Source: Cetorhinus maximus (Eukaryota). From it: a stretch of DNA of 64,000 nucleotides. The notes beneath the pieces were generated by a model. The model saw nothing but the letters and a program-made list of their open reading frames with translations. It did not search any database and had not been told where the DNA came from. The stretch is taken from the NCBI RefSeq assembly GCF_964194155.1, contig NC_135898.1, forward strand, positions 80,600,001 through 80,664,000, in the 5' to 3' direction. Shown piece by piece: positions 13,358 to 24,369 of the stretch. Every line of letters begins with the position of its first letter. Within the stretch, counting starts at the first letter, position 1. The translations under genes were made by a program, and so were the position numbers.

Positions 13358-13484
13358 TGTAACACATGGCTAGTTTGAAGTAGACCTGATCTTGATTCCC
13401 AGGGCCCTGTATCCAGGAAGGATGAGACAGGCATGAGAAAAACGCACAGGTAAAGTAAGAGAAGGGTAATGGATTCCGACTCAC

Positions 13485-13649
13485 CTCTGACAGCTCCTCA
13501 TTCACTTGCTCCCTGAGGTAATTTGTATATGCATCACAGATGCTGGTGAGGCTCACGTAACCAGTGAGCCCGTGGGGTAACCCGATGACGAGTTCAAAAT
13601 CAGTCACTTGCTTCACACAGCCAAGCAGTAGGGTCCCAACTGTCAGTTT
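13485..13649 (-). CDS. PDCD11: PDCD11 coding exon 3 (S1 repeat, KLTVGTLLLGCVKQV...EELSE)
   Basis: RRP5-like peptide, AG/GT boundaries, 165 nt. Confidence 0.93.
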
Positions 13650-14588
13650 CTGGTGGAGAAGGTAGGAGTGAAACAATGAACAAATCACAGGACAGACACA
13701 GCAGCACTCGAGTGTTTACACGTAGAAGAGAGCAACTCAAATTTAAAGCCCACCATCTCTGTGAGCCCGACACCGAATGAGGTAGGTGAGAGTCAGGGCA
13801 CAACAGAGCCAACAGGACAGGAGTGAGACGAGAGCCAATCTCACTGACATATATGTACAGAGCCTAAAGGGCTAATCTGGAGCCCCATTTCTAGTTAAAA
13901 CAAGATCTGAGCACAAATGTGCCTCACGCACAGGTTGAGGAAATGCAAGCTCAGGGTGGGCTTTGGGAAGCTCATTATTGCATGCTAACAATGGATTCCG
14001 GGTAGTGAGCCTTTAGTTACCGAGTTCCTAAACGCTGGAATTCCCTCTTTAATCCTCTCCACCACTCTCTCCTCCTTTTAAGAATACTCTTAAAACTTTT
14101 GTGGCCAACGATTTTGGTCACCTGTCCTTCCATCTCCAAGTGATTTGGTATCAAATATTGTTTGATAACAATCCTGTGAAGCACCTACTCACGTTTTACC
14201 ACACTGAAGGTGTTATATAAATACAAGTTGCAGTTAGGAATAGGAATAAAACTCTGCTGCTCTTCACGTGGCTGGTCCAGTTTCAGCTTTCAGGTTTGTG
14301 AGACAGGGTGAGACAGGTGAGCTGAATCCCCTGCCTGGTTTGTACTAGATCTCTGTCACAAATTCAAATCTCCCACAGCCCACGTGATAGCGTATGGGGT
14401 GAGGGTATCACACTGATGTCCTCATGGAATTCTGCTCTCCACTCGGACTCTTTGGATTGTACTTTACGACTCAGAGGTGGGAGAGAAGACTTATCACTGA
14501 GTGATGGAGACAGCAACACACTCCAAACAATCTAGGCTCGTGGGTTTAAAATGGCCATATACTCTGAGGTCCAGTTGCACTCTCATAC

Positions 14589-14726
14589 CTTGAAAGAGAG
14601 GGTTTCATCCTTAATCAGTTGCTTTGTCTGAAATGCTCTGGTTTTCACGCTTCTCTGCTTTTTTGCCTTTTTGGGGTCCAATTCTTTCTTCCTTTTTCGC
14701 TTCTTACTTTCATCATCATGATGCAC
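14589..14726 (-). CDS. PDCD11: PDCD11 coding exon 2 (Lys-rich, VHHDDESKKRKRKK...ETLSFK)
   Basis: ccag| acceptor, |gtatga donor, 138 nt, phase 0-0, open frame. Confidence 0.88.
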
Positions 14727-14735
14727 CTGGAGACA

Positions 14736-15458
14736 GGACAGGTACAGCACAGGGTTAGATACAGAGTATAGCTCCCTCTACACCGTTCCCATCAAACACT
14801 CCCAGTACAGGTACAACACAGGGTCAGATACAGAGTAAAGCTCCCGCTACACTGTCCCCATCAAACACTCCAAGGACAGGTACAACACAGAGTAAAGCTC
14901 TCTCTACACTGTCCCCATCAAACATTCCCAGGACAGGTACAGCACGGGGTTAGATACAGAGTAAAGCTCCCTCTACGCTGACCCCATCAAACACTCCCAG
15001 GACAGGTACAGCACGGGGTTAGATACAGAGTAAAGCTCCTTCTACACTGTCCCCATCAAACATGCCCAGGACAGGTACAGCACGGGGTTAGATACAGAGT
15101 AAAGCTCCCTCTACACTGACCCCATCAAACACTCCCAGGACAGGTACAGCACGGGGTTAGATACAGAGTAAAGCTCCCTCTACACTGTCCCCATCAAACA
15201 CTCCCAGGACAGGTACAGCACGGGGTTAGATACAGAGTAAAGCTCCCTCTACACTGTCCCCATCAAACACTCCCAGGACAGGTGCAGCATGGGGTTAGAT
15301 ACAGAGTAAATCTCCCTCTACACTGTCCCCATCAAACACTCCCAGGACAGGTACAGCACAGGGTTAGATACAGAGTAAAGCTCCTTTTACGCTGTCCCCA
15401 TCAAACACTCCCAGGACAGGTACAGCACGGGGTTAGATATAGAGTAAAGCTCCCTCTA
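14736..15458. repeat. 69-bp satellite array, about 10 copies (GGACAGGTACAGCACGGGGTTAGATACAGAGTAAAGCTCCCTCTACACTGTCCCCATCAAACACTCCCA)
   Basis: Visible periodicity. Confidence 0.97.
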
Positions 15459-15818
15459 ACTCTCGGCACATACTCTGGTTTCTAAGGGAAAGGAAGCAGT
15501 ATCTTAATTGCTGGTATTTTGAACAGTCAAGTTGTAAACAGGGTGGTCCTAAAGATTATTCAGAGTGTAAAGGATTTATCAATTCAACTGGGAGCAGGGA
15601 GGGATGGGAAGTTGATGGATTCAGGAAATGGCTAAATGTTTACACCCAGGTCCTGAGGGGACTCAAATCCCAATGGCTGAACACAGCAGGTAACAAGGGG
15701 GAAACATCCTGAGGCAAACAGGATCGCCATCCGCTTCCAACTCCCTCCCATTATCCACATGCTCCTTTGCAGCTTCACTGTGGATTTCCAGCCATATCCC
15801 TCATCTTTCTGTACTTAC

Positions 15819-15917
15819 CCCAAACAGGTTGTCCTCTTCCACGCTCCGCTTCTCTGTCCTCCCACTGGGCTTTCTCTGCGGCCCTCCCCGAGGGAAATCC
15901 TCATCCACAGCCGCCAT
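15819..15917 (-). CDS. PDCD11: PDCD11 (RRP5 homolog) first coding exon, MAAVDEDFPRGGPQRK...EEDNLFG
   Basis: ATG at 15917; acceptor ggcag| at 15929-15930; donor GGG|gtaagt; FPRGG and DNLF motifs match the RRP5 N-terminus. Confidence 0.93.
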
Positions 15918-16169
15918 TCCTCACAAATCTGCCAAAACAGGAAAGATCCAGACAATTCCCTCTTTACACAGGCAGCTCAGTGAGAGAGGCTGAGCGGGGG
16001 GAGAGACCCGGGGAAAGGCTGGGGGGTAGACCCGGGGGGGGGACGGGGACAGAGAGCACCCCAGGAGAGGGCGAGCTTGAGCAGAGACAATAACCTCACT
16101 GAACAAGAGGCTGTCGACAGGAATCGCCTTGCCGCTAGCCCGCTGCCTCTCACATGGACACGGCCATGA

Positions 16170-16720
16170 CACCGACCTCCGGAAAGACTCGCCACGGCCG
16201 GAGAACTATTTCCGGTAGTCCCCCCTCAGCCAATCAGTGGCTCCGCGCTTTGGGCCAATCATCATGGAGCTCGGATACGCTGGCGATCGCTCTCGCCCAA
16301 TCAGGACTCAGAATGCTAAGGGTGTGGCCAATCAGTGAGCGCCTGGGGTTATAATTCACCAATAGCTGCTGAGAGCTGCCGGCCAAATTTCCTGATTGAC
16401 ATATATCCCGTCCATTAGCTAAAAGCAAAATACTGCGGATGCTGGAAATCTGAAACAAAAAACAAAAATAACTGGAAAAAACTCAGCAGGTCTGACAGTA
16501 TCTGCGGAGAGGGAGACAGTTAACGTCTCGAGTCCGTGTGACTCTTCATCAGAACGAACTGTCCATTAGCTGTGGTGTAGAGGCGGTGCCAATTCCGATT
16601 GGCAGCCCAACCATCCAATGGGCGATAAGATCTTGAACGTAACATCCGGCGACCGATTATTCCGCTGAGTGACGATTTTGTGGACCAATAGGCGAGGGCG
16701 GTGGGCGGCATTTCCTGTGG
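16170..16720. promoter_or_regulatory. Bidirectional CpG-rich promoter of PDCD11 and ATP5MK with nine CCAAT pentamers and GC boxes
   Basis: CCAAT at 16230, 16255, 16297, 16328, 16359, 16589, 16615, 16685; ATTGG at 16598; GGGCGG twice near 16696-16709; lies between divergent 5' ends. Confidence 0.75.
16421..16560 (-). mobile_element. 140-bp Penelope 3'-terminus derivative with hammerhead-like motif
   Basis: Similar to 44838-44975; 11-bp TSD GTCCATTAGCT at 16410-16420 and 16561-16571. Confidence 0.85.
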
Positions 16721-17527
16721 CGGGGCTGCTGGAGCTTGGGGCCTGTGAAGGACACGGAGAGCGGCCGAGTGAAGGTGAGAGGCCGGGGGAGAGAGGAAGA
16801 GAGAGAGAGAGAGAGAGGGGCGCGGGGCGCACCACCCCCTCTCCCCCCCCCACCCCATCGGCGTCGCCAGGGTTACCCTGGGCCCGTTTCCTTCAGCCTG
16901 TACCCCGGGCCGGGCCGGGCACGGCTCTGGGCGGTTGTGATTTTCCCGGTGAAAGGGAAATGTGGAGCTAGTCCCGCTGATCAAAGTTAGGCTTCGTTGT
17001 TATAGTTGGAAAGGGGGAGCAGACATAGTCTCAGTCGGCAGCGTTAAAACAGGAAATTTCAATGTAAACTGTCACGCTGCAGTTCCACCTTCCCACCTCT
17101 AGTGGCGTTGTAGCAGGAGTTATAATGATGGATTTAAAGGGACAGTTCCCATTATGAATATCAATGGGCCATCCGATACTGGTAAAAGTGGATTGGATGT
17201 TGGTGTGGATTTCAGGGGCGTTGATGGGGATTTGAGGATAAATTCAGGATTGAAATGCCTGGAGGGTCGACTGTTCGTCCTTCTTCTGAAATGCCTCTAT
17301 AAACAGTCTGAAACTGAAACTGCAGCATCCTGATTCTAAGCCTGTCCTGTTAAGTTTGGAAGTGAGATGAAAATGTTTTTTAGTCTTGTCTGTTTGCAAA
17401 GAAGTAAAGTTGTGCTCCCATGTGTGTGTCTGTCTGTCTGTCTTCAGTTGTGACACCTGATCATTTCTGTTTGAGGATTTGTTGCAAATTGTTCTGTTTC
17501 CCTCTACAGTTTGTTTGAGGGGTGAGA

Positions 17528-17614
17528 ATGGCGGGACATGATGCTGGCAGTCACCACCAGTTTACTGGCTTCCAGAAGTACTTCAACGCCTACACCTACA
17601 CAGGGAGGAGGAAT
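17528..17614 (+). CDS. ATP5MK: ATP synthase membrane subunit k (USMG5/DAPIT) coding exon 1, MAGHDAGSHHQFTGFQKYFNAYTYTGRRN
   Basis: FTG..KYFN.YT..GR.N signature; acceptor tacag| at 17509, donor |gtaagt; probable upstream non-coding exon ending GAAG|gtgaga at 16774. Confidence 0.96.
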
Positions 17615-18009
17615 GTAAGTACAACTAATGGGGATATTGGTGGTAAAAGTGTGGAACTCTCTCAAAGAAAGAAGTAGATTTTTCGATTTCAAACCTGAGA
17701 GATTTTTGTTAGCCAAGGATATAAAGGGATTTGAAGGCAATTCCAGTTGGCATGTTCATTTAAGCGATGGGGAGACAACTCTTGAGTAGATGAATACTTG
17801 CATTTCCGTAGCTTATTATCACATCTTTAGGACATCCCAACACACTTCACAGCCAAATAATGTCCTTTGAATTGTAGCCACTGTTGGCCAAAATGCCCTG
17901 GGAAAATGGCTCCTTGCCTAACTCCTCCTGATTTACGTTTCTTGTAGCAGGCAATTTGTGCACAGTGAGATCCTATAAATTGTAATGAATATATTATGCA
18001 CACAAGCTG

Positions 18010-18750
18010 CAAAGGGATAGAGACAGGTTAAGTGATTGGGGAAGGTGGTGATAGATCCACTATAGTGCGCGGAAATGTGAAATTTCAACTTTTACAAAGA
18101 ATAGAAAAGCAGATTTTTTCTTAGGGTGAGAGGTGAGTAAAGGTTTAGGTCTCCTTTCAAGTGAATCACAAACTTAAGATGGAGCAAGCAATTAAAAAAG
18201 CATATAGTATGTGGTCCATTAATGCAAGGGTGTTGGAGTGTAAGAGTAAGGAAGTATTGCTGCAATGATTAAGGGCATATGTGAGACCATACCTGGAATA
18301 GTAAGTACAGTTGTGGTCTCCTTAACTAAGGAAATAGTTGACTTGGGGGGATTGTAATCAAAGACTCCTGGGATGAGGATCGTCCTGTGAGGAGAGATTG
18401 AATAGAATTGGCCTCTGCTCTCTGGACTTTGAATGTGATCACCTCTCATTCTTCTAATGTGTAAAATTCTTGGAGGCTTTGTCAAGGTAGCTGCTGAGAA
18501 GGGGTTCTCCAGCCTGGAGATTCTAGAACTAGAGGTCATTGTCCTTGGATAAAGGGGTCAGCCATTTAGGGCAGAGATGAGAAGAAATTCCTTCACTCAG
18601 AGAATTGCTCTGGATGCTCATTAAGTGTGTTCAAGACAGGTCAATGAATGTTTGTACACTAAGGGATATGGGGAGAAAGCAGAATTAAGGTTAGGACACC
18701 AGCCACAGTTTTATTGAAGGGGCCATATGACCTGCTTTTGCTCTATTTCT
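18010..18750 (+). mobile_element. Degenerate CR1 3' fragment
   Basis: Decayed VRPYLE/WSP coding remnant and 3' UTR similarity. Confidence 0.65.
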
Positions 18751-18943
18751 TAAATAGCCTCTGTGTCTATCCTAGGAATAAGAATTTTATACTTTCCATT
18801 GAGTTCACCTCATTCTTCTAAACTCAGTAGAATACCGGTCCGTTCTATTCAATGTGTTCTCTCTCTGTGATGTATGAGTGCTTTAACTCTGACTGGTTTG
18901 AGCTGCTTTATGATTAATGTATGCTCTCTCTCTCTCTTCACAG

Positions 18944-19042
18944 TATGTGTTAGCTACATATACAGGGATTGCAGCGATATGCTTGTTCTTCAAACTGAGA
19001 TCCAAAAAGAAGGCACCACCAGCAATCACAGAAAATAAATAA
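18944..19042 (+). CDS. ATP5MK: ATP5MK coding exon 2, YVLATYTGIAAICLFFKLRSKKKAPPAITENK*
   Basis: Transmembrane helix plus FKLRSKK motif; acceptor cacag|; TAA at 19040-19042. Confidence 0.96.
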   Translation, partial: YVLATYTGIAAICLFFKLRSKKKAPPAITENK

Positions 19043-19070
19043 TATGTGGTGAGGAATTCATTTTTACTCA

Positions 19071-19218
19071 GTGCTGTACCTGCCCTGGGAGTGTTTGATG
19101 GGGACAGTGTAGAGGGAGCTTTACTCTATCTAACCCTGAGCTGTCCCTGTCCTGGGAGTGTTTTATGAGGAGTGTAGAGGGAGCTTTACTCTGTATCTGA
19201 TTCATGCTGTACTTGCCT
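19071..19218. repeat. 69-bp satellite, about 2 copies, reverse orientation
   Basis: Same unit. Confidence 0.88.
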
Positions 19219-19690
19219 TGATTGTTCGATGGAACAATGTATCACAGAATTTTAATGGGACACAAGGCCATTCAGCCCATCATGTCTGCACTGGCTCTCC
19301 AAATGAGCATTATGACCTAGTGCCATTGCCCTGCCTTTTCCCCATACTCTGTACATTGTTTCTCTTCAAATAATTGTCTAATGCCCTCTTGAATGCCTTG
19401 ATTGAACCTGCCTCCACCACACTTCCAGGCAGTGCATTCCAGACCTGAACCACTCGTCATGTGGAGGGAACTTTTCTGTGTATCTGGTCTCTGCTTAATA
19501 CCGATAGCAAGAACATTGATTGGGGTGTGTTTAATTCCCAAAGATGTCCTTCACTTATGAAAGGGTTGTTGCCAGTTTTGTCAGAGAATGTAATTGGTTT
19601 GATTTGGAGTTCCTGTACTATGCTTGCAGGTAAGGCCAGTCCATATGTTAACATGAAATATGATTGCATCTCTTGGATTCTTGATTTCAG

Positions 19691-19830
19691 GTTCTCCTCT
19701 GGGCAGGGCAAGTGGAGTTTAAGGACCAGCGTGTGGAATCTGTGTGAATGTTCAAAACCTCTGCAATCGTGTCACTATAGTGGTGTATTATAAGTTCAGC
19801 GTTCACAAATAAAACTCATGGGACTCTACA
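19691..19830 (+). other. ATP5MK: Probable terminal non-coding exon of ATP5MK with polyA signal
   Basis: Donor |gtgagg 6 nt after the stop; acceptor tttcag| at 19690; AATAAA at 19808-19813 followed by a GT-rich tract. Confidence 0.55.
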
Positions 19831-20538
19831 TTGTGTGTTTATTTTTGAGTGGAAATGGTTTTGTGTTGGTGATGGTATCTGGGCAATGGGAGGTCTAACC
19901 AGTCCCCTGCTGCCAATCAGGAGTGGACTTTTGTCTCGCTCAGCATTAGTGTTCTCACACATCAGAATTCTCTCCACTCAATGATTACCATGTGTTCTTT
20001 AATATAACTAGTGAATTGTAGGTACAGCTGTTGCTCAAGTTCATGTTGCACTACACTCCTGTCATAACTTTCTGCATATTGTTTGTCTGTTGACTTTGTT
20101 TCAATAGGAAAAACAGTTGGTGAATTTGATCTGAAGAATACTGGCTAATATGAAATCAATCTAATAAAAAGAAACTCCCATGGCAGCCTCAGTTATTCGT
20201 CTTTAAAATTATCCACTAACTGTACTGAGCAGGATTTCAAACCAGAGACTGTGCCCAAGCACTGATCATTCACTTGATTATTGGACCATTTCTTCTAAAT
20301 ATCGTGACTGTGTTCTGATATCCTATGACACAGACTCGTGTAATGGAATGTTTAAATTGCATGGACAATAACCTAGGGCCATTGCTTCAAGGTGACTGTT
20401 AAATTTTCCAATGTTTTTCTTGTAGGGAGGGATTTTAATAGGAGGATATCGATTTTAAAATTAACGTGTTGCTGGACCAAGAGCCAATGTAGGTCAAAGC
20501 AGAAGGGTGATGGGTGGAAGCAACAGAGTTTTGGATGA

Positions 20539-20735
20539 ACAAAAACAGAATTACCTGGAAAAACTCAGCAGGTCTGGCAGCATCAGCGGAGAAGAAATCA
20601 GTTAACGTTTCGAGCCTTCATGGCCCTTCGGCAGAACAGATTTCTTCTCCGCCGCTGCTGCCAGACCTGAGTTTTTCCAGGTAATTCTGTTTTTGTTTTG
20701 GATTTCCAGCATCCGCAATAGCTTTTTGTTTTTAC
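20539..20735 (-). mobile_element. Miniature fold-back Penelope derivative with central hammerhead-like motif
   Basis: ~60-bp inverted arms; flanking direct repeat CAGAGTTTTGGATGAACA at 20524-20541 and 20736-20753. Confidence 0.88.
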
Positions 20736-21773
20736 CAGAGTTTTGGATGAACAGTTCATAGAAAGTGCACGATGTGAGGCTAGGAGAACACTGGAATAGT
20801 CGAGACTGGAAGTTACAAGGCATAGACAAATATCAGTGACACTGTCCCCACACAAACCTGGACAACCTGGGGTGATTGCTGAGTAGGGCCAGATGATTGA
20901 AATGATGATTCCTCAGTAAATTCGCATGTTTGACATAGAGGAAGTTGGTGTAAAAAAATCCTGTCTGTAATCTCTGTCAGCTAGATGGACTTATAAGCAT
21001 TAAAAGCTTTCTGTGCCCCTCATAGGACAACAGAAGCTTGTGTTAGATTCTGAGGGGTCTTGACAGGGTGGATGTGGAGAGGATGTTTCCTCTTGTGGGA
21101 GAATCTAGAACTTATGGTCACTGTTTATAAATAAGGGGTTGCCCATTTAAAACAGAGATGAGAACTTTTCTGAGGGTTGAGGTCTTTGGAACTCTCTTCC
21201 TCAAAAGGCAGAGCTAGATAGATTCTTGATATGCAAGGGGATGAAAGGTTCTCGGGGTAGGCAGGAATGTGGGGTTGAGGTTACAACTATGATCTTATTG
21301 AATGGCGGAGCAGGCTCGAGGGGCCTACTCCTGCTTCTAATTCATATGTATGTTAAATGTGGCACTCAGTCTGGTTGCTGCTTCCTGGCAAGTGTACAAA
21401 ATTAACCCCTGAAGCGGCAGATTCCTAGATCTCTATTCTAGACATTAATCTGGTAACATAACTATATCACAACTAGTGTGGGAAGTTGCTGGAGCAGAGA
21501 ATGGTATAAATATAATTAGGCACTGTCCTATTTCTGGACAAAGATAAAACCTCTTACTACCTTAGGTTTGACAGCCGTGCTTTTTAAATGGGATGCTATA
21601 GGTTTCAATGCGATTCATAGCTAAGATACCAGTCTCTAGTCGCTCCGTGAATGTTTGTTGGAGCAGCGTAGAGGAAATCGGTAACAAAAGGTTGTACTGA
21701 TAACCTAATTTGTAAAGGGAATTTTTTTTTCCTGCTGCTGCAGAAAATATAGATCACTAACTAATTTCACAGT

Positions 21774-21779
21774 TTTATT
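21774..21779 (-). terminator. Candidate TAF5 polyadenylation signal AATAAA
   Basis: tttatt on + strand about 275 nt downstream of the TAF5 stop. Confidence 0.55.
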
Positions 21780-22052
21780 GTAAACTTCATCAAAACTTAA
21801 AAAAAATAAACACCACCATTCACATTAATGCAAAATGTCTCAGAACGACAATATGTCGCAAATATGGCTGCAGGTGAGTCACCTCGAGGGAGAGCGGCTA
21901 AATTAGAGAGGGTCACGGATACCGTGAAAATATCTTCATCATCTATCGATTTTGCTAACGATGGTGGGGACCAGGGAACGAGGATGGGAAAAGATGGGTT
22001 CATCATCCTGGAAAATGTGAGGGGGATGCCAGGGAGGGTGGTGAAGTGCCAG

Positions 22053-22270
22053 TCACTGTGGGTTATATGCACCCGCAGCCAGTAGTAGGTTGCGGCGAGT
22101 GAAGTGCAGGCCGATGACCGGGGTCGATTTGGTCATGTAGGAGCCCAATAACAGCTCCTGCGAGTTGTCAGGCAAGTTGATGTGTCCAGTGGCAGTACTG
22201 AAATCGTCTGTCTCCAGGTCCTCAAAGGCTTTGACTGTGTCCCACATTTTCACTGTGTGATCCATGGAAC
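22053..22270 (-). CDS. TAF5: TAF5 final coding exon 10
   Basis: SMDHTVKMWD...HFTRRNLLLAAGAYNPQ*; 218 nt; exon total 2352 nt = 783 aa + stop. Confidence 0.96.
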
Positions 22271-23078
22271 CTGAAACAGAGCAATTCAGAGAAGATTCAC
22301 ATCAGCACAGTGAGAACAGATAAAGATAGATTTACAGCTGGGAACTTCCTCAACTCCGCTCCTGTTCCACCAGTGTTATTGACAGCATTGCAGTGAAACC
22401 TGTCAATAACACAGAGTGGAAGCGACTTCTGAGGGATTTCCCAATGGACACTATCCTGTTGACTCCCAAGCTTGGAGGGTAATTGCCCCTCATGGGGCAG
22501 GGCTGAGCCATACAGAGCAAGAAGCTTTGGAGTTGATTCCTGCACAGTGTTGCACAGGAAACCAAACTGGCTGACTCAGTACTGCAGGAATTGTGATGTA
22601 ATAATTACAGGTGGAGCTGGGGAAGAGAGGGTCAGCACGTTCAACTAGAGGAACAGCAATCAACAACCCTGACAGGTATTGAACCGGATAGCTAAAAGCA
22701 GGGTAGTGGACAGTTAACTACTGCTTATATGACTGCAGTAATAATCCACAGAATGGGAATTCTAATCCCACCAGGGAAGTTTGGGAATTTGAATGCGGTT
22801 TTTAAAAGCTCTGGAAGAAAAAGCTGTCAGATCGTCACAGAAATCTAACTGAGTCACCAATATCCTTTAGGGAAGGAAACCCGTCGTCCTTACTCAGTCT
22901 TGGCCTATATGTGACTCCAGACCCACACCAACAAGATTGAATTGTAACTGCCCTCTGAAAAGACCAGTGCATCAAAACACTACCAACAGTTGAAGAAAGA
23001 TTATCACCAGCCATGCCAGCAATGAGAAAGAACAAAAAACTCTCCTTTCACACACACCACAAATACACTCAATCTCAC

Positions 23079-23256
23079 CTGAGGCTAAAATCTCCCCATC
23101 TCGGCTGAACTTCAGTGCATAGACTGTGTCAGTGTGGCCTTTCAACTCGCCCACAAGCAACCCGTGCCCAATGTCCCAGAGCAGGATCCGGCCGTCTGTA
23201 GCTCCGGAGGCCAGGTATCTGCCATTTGGAGAGAACACCAGCGAATGGATTGGTCC
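23079..23256 (-). CDS. TAF5: TAF5 coding exon 9 (WD40)
   Basis: GPIHSLVFSPNGRYLASG...EILAS; AG/GT; 178 nt. Confidence 0.96.
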
Positions 23257-23357
23257 CTGGGAGGAATACATAAAAGGGACATTACTGAGAGGGCCTGTTT
23301 GAGCAGGGATATGGGACAGTGTGGGCTCACCAACAGCACCCAGACAGGGCTTCATAC

Positions 23358-23535
23358 CTTGTGTCCAGTAAGGATTCGAACGCAGTTGCCATTAAGAACA
23401 TCCCAGAGCCGAATAGTCCTGTCTGCAGACCCTGTCACCACGTAATTCGAGTTAGGGTGAAATCTTGTGCAGGTGACATCGGAGAGGTGACCTGAGAATA
23501 TTCGCAGGGGCTGGTAGTGGTCAGTCACCCAGAGC
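23358..23535 (-). CDS. TAF5: TAF5 coding exon 8 (WD40)
   Basis: LWVTDHYQPLRIFSGH...RFHPNSNY...TGHK; AG/GT; 178 nt. Confidence 0.96.
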
Positions 23536-24369
23536 CTGAGGAATGAAATGTTCCAAGCTGTTACACAAATACATCTTGTTAACAGCCCATGGCTGATGTC
23601 ACTCCCACTGTATTCCGGGCCCCAGAGAGAGACAGTGTTGCTTCATTAAAGTGCATTTGTGCAAAGCTCAGTACCGACTGTCAGAAATGAATGCAGATGC
23701 TTTAGGAAGGTTCGGACAAACATGCTCAGGCAGACTCCCAGCTATATGAAGAAAGGTTCAAGCAGATGACCCAATTTTTGCTGGAGAAAAGGGAGCACAT
23801 GGCCTGTAAATACTGCAAGGTATCAGGGTGTGGAAGTGAAGAAACTATTTAACAAAATAAGGCGTCCAGGATTGGAGAATATGTGCATAACGTGCAGAAA
23901 CCTGCAGAAAAATAAGTTGGTGATGGGTATGGAACAGGCTCCCAGAAAAAAGACTTGACTTAAGAGTCAGCTGGCATCTTTAAATGAAGCTGGATTGTAT
24001 CTGCTGAGACAGGGATTGGAGATTAGATACAAATAACTTGGTTAGATTGCAGCAGCAGTGTGGAAACAGAGGGATCGACAGTTTGGAGTGGGTCTAAGAT
24101 AGAATAATCAGACACGGACTCTGGGACTGATGGGGTTGATGGAGATTGTCTCACCCCAGACTTTGATCTTATGCCACATGACATTGGGCAGTGAACGAGT
24201 TACCAGTGTAAATTCCAGGAAAGCTGTAAGGACAAGTCCTGCCCCTAAGTTTGCAATGTTTTAAGGCCCTTACATCATATTCACATCAATTTAACCATTG
24301 TAATATTATACAAAAAGAATGAATTGCTCTGAATTGCTGAGTCATGACCCAATACTCTCTCTCTCTCAC

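Noticed and set aside
14736-15458. CRISPR-like regular repeats (also 121-795 and 61021-61570)
   Set aside because: Units are head-to-tail with no unique spacers, there are no cas genes, and the context is eukaryotic.
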